Part shown: positions 8,914 through 17,845 of the stretch, piece by piece
Layout of the letters: every line of letters begins with the position of its first letter
Position numbering within the stretch: the stretch's first letter is position 1
Virus record (IMG/VR): IMGVR_UViG_3300044712_001937
Span: 203,681-267,680 of that record
Length of the DNA stretch: 64,000 bases
Source of the DNA: a virus
Reading direction: 5' to 3' (one strand)
Position numbers and translations under genes: made by a program
Notes under the pieces: generated by a model
Told to the model about the DNA's origin: nothing
Databases searched by the model: none
What the model saw: the letters and a program-made list of their open reading frames with translations, nothing else

Positions 8914-11900
8914 AATTTTTATTACAAACATTTTATATTTTTTTAGTCTTATTTATGATATTATATATTGGAATATCAGTTTATTGTGGTAACTGGAATC
9001 CTGTTTGTTGGAACATTAATATTAGAACATCATTTTTAGGATATAGTTTACTTACTTTATTTATTGCATTTGCAATTAGATTTTTCACATATTTAATTAA
9101 TGAATATGAATAATAAAAAATTAACTCTCGAAGAAGCCAAAGCATTATCCATTAAGAAATGGGAATTCATTGTTGACCATAATGGAGATGAGGATGAAGA
9201 TTTAATGTTTAAAGATTTTCCTGAATTACAAAATCTTAAAAATGATTGTGCTTTATGTGAATTATTTTACGATACCAAGGATGTAGGATTATATTGTTGT
9301 GCTGGTTGTCCTATTCGTCCTAATATTGATGATTATGATGATACTCAAAATACTGGTTGTTATCAAAAAATTCATCCTTATTATATTTGGAGTAGCATCA
9401 GCACTCAAGAAAATGCTCAAAAAGTTTTGGATTTAATTAAAAACTTTAAATATGAATAGATTAATCTTATTTATTTTTATTTTATTCTTAGGAATATCAG
9501 TTTATAGCCAGAATAATTATATAACTGGTTGTTTTTATATCAATAATAACGGTACATATTTTATGGGTACTAATCAAACTCAATATGCATTACCAATAAA
9601 AATTACAGCAGTTAATGAAACTAAAAATCAACAAAGATTTTGGACAATTAATCTTCAACCATATAGTAGTTTTACAATAAATAAAGATAATGGATGGATA
9701 TGGGAAGCTTATGAGAAATTATATATTACCTTTAATAATGGTCAATCTATATATTGGGTTTTTTCGCCTAAAAATACATCATTTAAAGGTTTAATTCCAA
9801 AAAAATCTTGTCAAATTGCTGGTTGTAATTGCATGAAATATATGAGCGAAGCTGGTTCTGATTATCCATATGGAACGTGGTGTAAGAAATGTAATCATTC
9901 TATAAATTATCATACTAAATAAATTTAATTAAAAACTTTAAATATGAATAGATTATTTTGGTTATTATATGTAATTGGTATTATAATTTTAATATCATGT
10001 GCTGGAAAAGGTACAACTACTGAAAAATTAAGTGGTGATGAAGCTAATCTTCCAGAGGAATTAAAAGGTTTAAAAGTATATAAAGTATCAACTGGTAATG
10101 GAAAATATGTTAATGTAGCTATTTTAAATAGTACAGTTAACTCTTTTACATATCCTGTTGGTAAACATACTGAAAGTACGATTATGGTTAAATCTAAAGA
10201 TGATAATAGTAATTTTATTAAATATTCATCTGGGTTTGATATATATCTTAATTTTATTGATGGCTCAGTTAGAACTATTCCTAATAATTTAAATGTAATT
10301 AGAGAATTTGATATTATTCAGGAAGGTGATACTTGTAAATTCAGGGAATTTGATATTAAAACTAAATCAATGTTATAGTATGAAAAACATAATTTCAATT
10401 TGGAATAAACCGATAAGTCCCGTAATTTCATTTATCATGACATTTATTATGGGATTACTAATTTCTAATTTTGCATTTAAATATAGTTTTTGGATATTTT
10501 TAATTGCAATTCCTTATCTTTATCAATTAATATTTTTAGTTGTTTTAAAACATAAGGTAGCTGAATTACTTAGTGCAATCGGAAAACTCATGGAAATGAT
10601 TAGAAACGCTACAGTTCCTAATAAAGAAGAAAATGTGGACTAACGAATATAATCCAAAAATTTCAACATGGTATATAACCAAATGTAATGGTGAACGTAA
10701 TCCTATGTATTGGAACAATCCACGAAAATTTTGGTCTGATTTCTCAGGGAAAACATATAAGCCAGAAGAAGTGATTTGGCTTGACGATTTTAAAATACAA
10801 TAAAATGAGTGTACAATTAGACGAACATGCATATCAGAGATTAATAGATGAAAACATCATCGCTCTTGAAAAATATATGCCAGAACATTCTTTAGAGAAA
10901 AAACATACAATTGAAGTTCTTAAATGGAGTGTTAATGAAATTTATCATAACACAAAATTAGATGTTTCAAAAATGGAGGCTAATGATGTTAGCAAAATAG
11001 TTAAACTATATATAGAATTCTTACGTACCTCCGGAGAAACTAAACTACAAAATCAAATTGATTTCGTTGAATATTTAAATAATAATTTAATTAAAACTCC
11101 AATATTCATTTCCATTATCAATTCATTAAAGGAGTTACAATCAATTAAAAATAGTAGAAATTATCCTGACTGTCCACTTCATACATCTACTTGTCATTGG
11201 GATAGTTTTTGCCCTAAAAATGTGAAATGTTTACTTAAAGAATAATTTATGCTTATATATAAACCAACAACTACAATTCGTGATTTAAACACATCACATA
11301 CTGCTGTTCAGGGTGAAGATTGCATAGTTGAAGCTATTGAAATAAACGGAAAACATTCATATGCTGTCGTTTTAAATAGTCAGAATAATAAATTAAATAT
11401 TCCACTCGATATTCTTGATAAATATTTTACTATATTTGAAGTTAAATGTTAAACTATGGAAACTCCAATAACAAAAGCAATTAAAGAGTTTGAAAGATTA
11501 AAAGGTGATAGTAAAACCTTAAAAGATATTATCTATCTTGATGGTGTACTGGCAATTCTGGATTCATTTAAAATTTATGAGGAAAAATTTTTAAATGATT
11601 TAGATGAAACTTTTTTAGCTGAAATAAGTTTAGATTATGATAGTACAGAATATAAACTTGTTAAAGCTAAAAACGAAACTGAAGCAAAAAAGAAAGTTAG
11701 TCAACTATATGGTTCAGTAAGGATTAATATATTAACCACAATTAAATAATATAACTATGAGTGATTCAAATAATGTAAAAATTGAAGTTAGATTAATTTC
11801 AGATAAAGAATTAACTGAAAAATATGGTGGATACTTACGCTATAATATAGGTGATTGTTTTAAAACTAATGATAATCATTATTATATGCAAAGAAGTGAA

Positions 11901-13420
11901 AATGTATTACATATTAAAGATGGAGAACTTATCAATATCTTACATAATAGTGCATTAGATAAAGAAAAACTAATTAAAATTAGTGATGAAGAGTTTGCAG
12001 ACCAATTGAAGACTACCATTTTTAATTTAGGAATTTACGCATATACTGAAAACAAAGAATAAATTTAACACTATGGAAACTATTACACTTTTAATCATTT
12101 TTGGACTTAAAACTTGGTCTATAATCTACTCATTAATGTTACTATTCATAATAATAGTTCGTATTTGGAATAAAGATTTTAATTTTAATATAGAGTATAA
12201 AGAAAGTTTTATTTTTACTTTTTATTTTATGTCACTATATGCATGGACTTTGTAACATTTTATATTTAATCTCGTATATTAAATAAAATATAATTTAGGA
12301 TATGGAAATTTTTCTTACATATAATACTGATGAACTGCATTCATTGCTTTTGAAAATATATTATGGAATTAAAGAAACTGCCAAAGATGGTGCTTTCTCC
12401 CATGTTCGAAGTAAATCAAACGAAAATCACAATTCATATCATTTTCAACATTTAGTTGAAAATTCGAATTCAACTATTGATAATTTAAAAGCATTTTATC
12501 CTGAAACTGATAGTAGAAGAAATTGTTTCAAACATATTATTTTAGAGGAATTTGAACAAGAAGCTGAAAGGTTTTTAAACTCAGATATTTACTAAATATG
12601 TATGATATTAAGATAACTAAACCAATATTAAATCTATTCAACGAATGTTTAACAAATGTTGAATTCTTGAATGATTTAGAAAAATTTGACCCAGATTATA
12701 AAGGTAATGAACCAACCAAAAATATGAGTGATTTTAAAAAGGTTATTTATGCATGTGTTTATGAAGGTTGGTTAATTGGAAGAAAAGAATATGATGAAAA
12801 TAAATATCGATAATAAACTAAAAACTAATAATATAGTGTTTATATTTAGAGAAATCGTAAAAAACAAGAGTTTTATTTAACTGTAACTGCCGGAACTAAT
12901 TTAGGTAATTATTTACCAATTGGTCATTACGTAAAAGAAACTTATCGTGATGGTTCATATAAATGGTTTAAAGTTACTGAACGCAATGATAAATTTAATA
13001 AGTTTCCTCTTGAATTAGTTGAGGAAGAACAAGCTAATCTTCTTGATGAACTTCAACTTCAATATTTAAAAGAAGTTTACGGTAAAGATTCCGAATTAGT
13101 AGAAAAATATCTATAAAAATAATTAACATGAAAAATAAAAATTTTGTAATTTCTAATACTCCAGCAAAACTACCAATTCAAAGTACTATTTTATATTCAT
13201 TTTTACTTTATTATTTTAATGTAGATAATCTTTGGTGGGGTATTTTCATCACATTAATGTTAATTTGGTGGGCAATATCATTTTATGCAATATTCCACCA
13301 AGTTATAATTGATTTAAATTCAAATAAATTGGATGAAAATCTTGAAAAGATTGAAAATAAAAGTAATTTTGTTTTAATTTTACAAAATTTAATTAAAGAA
13401 TTTAATAAAAATAAGTAATA

Positions 13421-13732
13421 ATGGGATTAAAAACTTGGCAATTATCATCAGATGAAAATTTGACTGATGATGACAGACGAAAAATTGCAAATGAAATTAT
13501 CCAAGGCAGTAATGGTGGAATGTTTTATAGTGTACTTGAAAATAAAACTTCAAATCAATTAAACGAAATTCATTCTATTACACCAATTAGTATTATTGAT
13601 GACTGTAAAGCTTTAATTAAACAAGGTAGCATCTTAGCAGCAGTTAAATTCTATAAAGAAGAAACTGGCACAGGTTTAAGAGAAGCTAAAGATTTTATCG
13701 ATAATTTACGTGAAGATTTAAAAAATAATTGA
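13421..13732 (+). CDS. Small protein whose C-terminus resembles the ribosomal L7/L12 C-terminal domain
   Basis: 'LAAVKFYKEETGTGLREAKDFIDNL' resembles the L7/L12 CTD consensus 'IKxVRxxTGLGLKEAKDLVE'. Confidence 0.3.
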   Translation: MGLKTWQLSSDENLTDDDRRKIANEIIQGSNGGMFYSVLENKTSNQLNEIHSITPISIIDDCKALIKQGSILAAVKFYKEETGTGLREAKDFIDNLREDLKNN

Positions 13733-13736
13733 AAAT

Positions 13737-15185
13737 ATGAGTGATATTATCTTAACAAGAAAAATAAAACTTGGTGTTTATGTTCCAGAAATTATTGTTG
13801 ATGAAAAAGAACGTAAAACATATAAAGATTTTGTTTGGAGTTTATTACGGAATATTAATCGACAGAATTTTGAATTTCATAATCTATTAGTAAAAAAACT
13901 AATTGAAATTGATGCTATAATTTCCTCTCGATTAAGTGTAGATGATAAATTTATCAAATTAAAAAATAATTATTTTAAAGATAAAAAAGTATCAAAACCT
14001 TATTTTGATTATATCAAACAAACACAAAAAGAATATATTGAATCGTTAAGTTATAAAAATATTAATTCTTATATTTATAATTATTTAGTTCAATATATTA
14101 AATCATTATCTGATGAACAACAATTAATTAATTCATATTCTTATTGCGCAATATCTAAAAATGTTTGTGATAAATATAATGATGATTTATTTGATGTAAA
14201 TAGAGGTATAAAAAACGTTGCCTTTTATAAAAATACTCAACCAATTCCTATTAATATAAAAGCACCTTCATATATTGATGAAAAAGGAGTTAAATCAAAA
14301 TCATTGGGAAAGTTTTGGTTTAATAAACATGAAGATAAATATGTCTTTAAATTTAAATCTTCAAAAAAACATGATATTGAATTATTACTTTTATTTGGTA
14401 AAGATAGAAGTAATAATAGAATTATGATTGATAGAATCTATAATAATGATTCTAATTATAAAATTTGTGATTCTGATATTCAAATTATAGATAATGAAAT
14501 ATTTTTATTATTAACAATAAAACAATTTAATATTGAAAATAAAATTCTCGATAAAAATAAGGTATTAGGAGTTGATTTAGGTATTAAATGTGCTGCATAT
14601 ATTGCTACAAATAATTCATTAGAAAGACAACAAATAGGTTCTAAAGAATTTGTACTATTAAAAACTAAATTGCAAATTGAAAAAGATAAAAGATTACTTC
14701 AACGAAATTCAATATTTTCAAAATCAGGGCATGGAAGAACAAGAAAACTTCAAAAATTAAATGATTTTAAAGAATATGAAAAGAATTTTAGAAATACTTT
14801 TAACCATCAAATATCTTCTGAAATTATAAGTCATGCAATTAAATGGAATTGTGGTCAAATTAATGTAGAAGATTTATCAGCAATACCTTTAGAAGAAAAA
14901 AATAAAAGAATTCTTCGTAATTGGGCATATTTTGATTTATTAAATAAAATTGAATATAAAGCTAAAAAAAATGGAATAAACTTTTTAAAAGTTAATCCAG
15001 CATATACATCCCAAATATGTAATGTTTGTGGGAAAAAAGGTGAACGAATAAAACAAGATACTTTTATTTGTATTAATCAGGATTGTAAATTTCACGATAA
15101 ACCAATTAATGCAGATTATAATGCAGCAATTAATATTGCAAAAAATATTAACATAAAAAAAGAAGAAATTGTATCAATATCCTAA
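13737..15185 (+). CDS. TnpB/Cas12f-like RNA-guided nuclease candidate (split RuvC plus zinc finger), directly upstream of a CRISPR array
   Basis: RuvC-I 'KVLGVDLGIK' (D280). 'SGHGRTRKLQK'. RuvC-II 'INVEDLS' (E378). TnpB hallmark 'NPAYTSQICNVCG'. Zinc finger CxxC...CxxxC ('CNVCG...CINQDC'). RuvC-III 'NADYNAAINIA' (D460). The N-terminal region is about 270 aa, longer than canonical TnpB and in the Cas12f size range. There is no adjacent tnpA. Confidence 0.8.
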   Translation: MSDIILTRKIKLGVYVPEIIVDEKERKTYKDFVWSLLRNINRQNFEFHNLLVKKLIEIDAIISSRLSVDDKFIKLKNNYFKDKKVSKPYFDYIKQTQKEYIESLSYKNINSYIYNYLVQYIKSLSDEQQLINSYSYCAISKNVCDKYNDDLFDVNRGIKNVAFYKNTQPIPINIKAPSYIDEKGVKSKSLGKFWFNKHEDKYVFKFKSSKKHDIELLLLFGKDRSNNRIMIDRIYNNDSNYKICDSDIQIIDNEIFLLLTIKQFNIENKILDKNKVLGVDLGIKCAAYIATNNSLERQQIGSKEFVLLKTKLQIEKDKRLLQRNSIFSKSGHGRTRKLQKLNDFKEYEKNFRNTFNHQISSEIISHAIKWNCGQINVEDLSAIPLEEKNKRILRNWAYFDLLNKIEYKAKKNGINFLKVNPAYTSQICNVCGKKGERIKQDTFICINQDCKFHDKPINADYNAAINIAKNINIKKEEIVSIS

Positions 15186-15406
15186 AATTATATTATATTT
15201 GTATCATCATTTTGAATTTAAGTTCTTTGATATAATTGATATTATTGTTTTTAGTTAAACAATAATTATGGCTGGTTGTACAGCCAAAAGTGAGGTCGAA
15301 ACCTAAAAAATGAATAATTTTGAGCAAAGTTTCATAGAACACTCACTAAATATCTTTCATTATTTTTAAATAAAATATTAATTTACAACAAATTACATAA
15401 AGGTAT
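15186..15406 (+). other. Non-coding region between the nuclease gene and repeat 1: candidate leader, tracrRNA or omega-RNA scaffold
   Basis: Contains the hairpin ggctggttgtacagcc (15270-15285). The 40 nt before repeat 1 hold repeat-like fragments ('atttacaac', 'aaatt..aaaggta'). Confidence 0.3.
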
Positions 15407-15771
15407 GTTGTAAACAACCACAAATTGAAAGGTACTTACAACTATTTGGACATAGAAGTACTGATTATATCAGTTGTAAACAACCACAAATTGAAAGGTA
15501 CTTACAACTCATTACTTACCTGCCTTTCTTTTATCTAAGTTGTAAACAACCACAAATTGAAAGGTACTTACAACGTGCTGGTAGTCCTCAGATTCGTTTA
15601 ATTGTTGTAAACAACCACAAATTGAAAGGTACTTACAACTATTCAATATACAAGAAATGTATTAAAAGAGTTGTAAACAACCACAAATTGAAAGGTACTT
15701 ACAACCTATGGTTAGGATACTGTTATTTTTTTCATGTTGTAAACAACCACAAATTGAAAGGTACTTACAAC
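15407..15771 (+). CRISPR. CRISPR array with 6 identical 36-nt repeats (GTTGTAAACAACCACAAATTGAAAGGTACTTACAAC) and 5 unique spacers (30, 30, 29, 30, 30 nt)
   Basis: Repeats lie at 15407, 15473, 15539, 15604, 15670 and 15736. Each repeat has 7-bp inverted termini GTTGTAA/TTACAAC. The spacers share no similarity with each other. Confidence 0.95.
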
Positions 15772-15806
15772 AGTAGGAGAAGTTCGGGTTCGATTCCCAC
15801 TACTCT
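15772..15806 (+). other. tRNA-like minihelix fragment immediately after the last repeat (GGTTCGATTCC T-loop-like core flanked by agtag/ctact)
   Basis: 'agtaggagaagttcgggttcgattcccactactct' contains a TTCGATT loop and a 5-bp closing stem. It is too short for a tRNA. Confidence 0.25.
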
Positions 15807-15820
15807 ATTAAAATTAATTT

Positions 15821-15916
15821 GGTGCTGTTTGTAATGTTGGCTATACATTTTGTCCATGAAGCGTAAAGTGAAGTATGGCAAGCTCAACGTAGGTTCAATT
15901 CCTACCAGCACCACCA
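15821..15916 (+). tRNA. tRNA-like element (96 nt, encoded CCA) with non-canonical anticodon and variable region
   Basis: Perfect 7-bp acceptor stem ggtgctg/cagcacc, discriminator A plus CCA. Perfect T-arm gtagg-ttcaatt-cctac. D-stem tgta/taca with a GG loop. I could not fold a canonical anticodon arm in the 41 nt between the D-arm and T-arm. Confidence 0.35.
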
Positions 15917-16114
15917 AAAAACCAACCGTTATACAGTATAAGCACTGATGTACCTAATAGTGAAGGTGTGATATGCATGAAAGCAAATTATTGTTGTGGG
16001 ACGGCAATGGTTGTACAGGGAGTGTACCCTACACTCATAGGGACTGTGTAGATAAATCCTTTACTTGACTGGAAACTCATTTATGAAGAATCAAAAGGTC
16101 AGGTAAAGGATTTT

Positions 16115-17551
16115 TCATAAATTTGGATATATGGTGTTATAACATAATTGAGCAATTAATTTATGTCCAAGATTTGTACTATGTACTTTATCGTTTAAAT
16201 AGTAAGTTGTATTATCGGCATCAACCAATCCATTAAAAGCTGCATTAGTTGTAATAGGAATTGATATATAATTATTTTCTATTTGACCATTATCTATTAG
16301 AATATTTAACGCCTGTGATATAGTCCAAAAAGTATCCCATTGACCTGCTGTATACCCAGCAGGTTTCATTGGTCTATTATGTATAACATATGTTTTAAAA
16401 CCTTTAGCATTAGATGCGTTAACCAAGTTTATGATGTTAGCATAAATATAATTTTCATTTTTACCCGAAATTAAATCATTAGCACCAATCCAAATAATAC
16501 TTATATTTTTTTGATAAGACAAGTTATAAGCTGCATCTAAATGTGCTTGATAGTTAATTTTCATATCATCACTATTTTGACCGGGGACTGCATCATTAGT
16601 TAATATTCTCATTTTAGCCCCCATTAACAGAGTTTTCAGTTCAGTAGGATAATCTGTAGTAGCTCCTGCATATGCATAACTTAATGAATCACCATCAGTT
16701 AATATATTAATGGAATATGGAATTTTGGGTGTTATTGAATCAACAAGCAAATACTCAAAATCATCGGAAATTGTTTTGTTTAATTTTGAAAAAATAAAAA
16801 AATCAGCAGTAGTACCATTACAAGAAAAAGCAGCTCCATTGTTTCGAGAAAATAAATTAAGTGTATTTGTTGTATTTGAATTAGCAATTAATGTTCCATT
16901 TCTACCAGATAATATTAAATTTCTATTTTTGTACAATTCAGCTCTATCATCATTATATATCCATCGAGCTATCATTTTATCTAAACCCCAATTAGTAACA
17001 GTTGCATTACCTCCATTATCTACAGTAGTACGTCTTACAGCCCATGTATATCCATAATTTTGATGTAAATAATTTCCGTTTACTGATAAAACATTTGTTC
17101 CATGTTCCATCATAAGCCCAGCAGGTGCTTGGAAATTGCCAGTTAGAAAGACATCTATCCAAGTTGGTAATACTAATCCAGCAATATTAGATGTTTTATT
17201 AGTAACATTTGCCGATGGTTTGTTATTTAAAGTAACATCAGTGATATTGTATAAATATTGTTTTGCTGTATCAGTTTGTATTTCATGAGCTGTAGAAAAT
17301 AAATTATATCTTTTTACAATCTTATTATCTGTAATTTTTATTCCTGCCCTTGTTGATAATCCAACTAATCCTGACGAATTAATATTATTATTTTTACAAA
17401 ATTTTAATATATTATTTACATAATTTAAATCATTAATAATTCCTCCATCTGCTTCAACCATCTTCTTATATAATAATGTTTCAGATAACAATATATCATC
17501 ATTTCTTCCAACTCCAATTTTATTTGCAATACCAATAGTTAAACGTCCCAT
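16115..17551 (-). CDS. SGNH/GDSL-family hydrolase with an N-terminal approximately 280-aa domain of unknown fold; possible receptor-modifying esterase or tail-associated protein
   Basis: Block I 'ILTDGDSLSYAY', block III 'IIWIGANDL', block V 'DKVHSTNLGH' (DxxH). It sits in a minus-strand island inside the + block. Confidence 0.65.
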   Translation of the reverse strand: MGRLTIGIANKIGVGRNDDILLSETLLYKKMVEADGGIINDLNYVNNILKFCKNNNINSSGLVGLSTRAGIKITDNKIVKRYNLFSTAHEIQTDTAKQYLYNITDVTLNNKPSANVTNKTSNIAGLVLPTWIDVFLTGNFQAPAGLMMEHGTNVLSVNGNYLHQNYGYTWAVRRTTVDNGGNATVTNWGLDKMIARWIYNDDRAELYKNRNLILSGRNGTLIANSNTTNTLNLFSRNNGAAFSCNGTTADFFIFSKLNKTISDDFEYLLVDSITPKIPYSINILTDGDSLSYAYAGATTDYPTELKTLLMGAKMRILTNDAVPGQNSDDMKINYQAHLDAAYNLSYQKNISIIWIGANDLISGKNENYIYANIINLVNASNAKGFKTYVIHNRPMKPAGYTAGQWDTFWTISQALNILIDNGQIENNYISIPITTNAAFNGLVDADNTTYYLNDKVHSTNLGHKLIAQLCYNTIYPNL

Positions 17552-17554
17552 ATA

Positions 17555-17845
17555 TTATCTTCCAACTTGAATAATTGTTGCAGTATTACCACTATGAGCA
17601 ATTATTTTTTTACATTTTATGATATTCCAACCATCACCAGCATTGCTAAATTTAGTACGAATTGATTGGTTTTGATTTAATGGAACAACTGTTAACATAC
17701 CTTCATCACCATTTACTTTAATATAAAAACCAAAACCTGAATTATCAATATAACTTTCAGTAAGTAAATTTACACCAATATCTATACATTCTGATACATT
17801 TCCTATATCACTATCTTTATTACTTGTTAAATAATTTTGTGCCAT
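17555..17845 (-). CDS. Hypothetical small protein co-oriented with the SGNH hydrolase
   Basis: 96-aa ORF that ends 3 nt before the start of the SGNH gene. Confidence 0.35.
   Translation of the reverse strand: MAQNYLTSNKDSDIGNVSECIDIGVNLLTESYIDNSGFGFYIKVNGDEGMLTVVPLNQNQSIRTKFSNAGDGWNIIKCKKIIAHSGNTATIIQVGR

Noticed and set aside
13737-15185. Plain IS200/IS605 insertion sequence (tnpA plus tnpB)
   Set aside because: No Y1 or HuH transposase ORF lies adjacent and I found no obvious sub-terminal hairpin ends. A CRISPR array follows instead. This is not fully excluded, as noted in the findings.
15443-15735. Self-targeting by the five spacers within this window
   Set aside because: I noticed no matching 29-30-mer elsewhere in the window by eye, but I could not search exhaustively. 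This needs a computational check.
15622-15834. 70-aa + strand ORF with an internally repeated peptide (VVNNHKLKGTYN)
   Set aside because: It is the translation of the CRISPR repeats themselves and is not a gene.
15772-16114. Prophage attachment site or integrase-associated tRNA 3' end
   Set aside because: No integrase or recombinase ORF is nearby and the whole window looks like contiguous phage DNA. The tRNA-like pieces are reported without an att interpretation.
16710-17057. 115-aa + strand ORF
   Set aside because: It lies entirely antisense inside the well-supported SGNH hydrolase gene.
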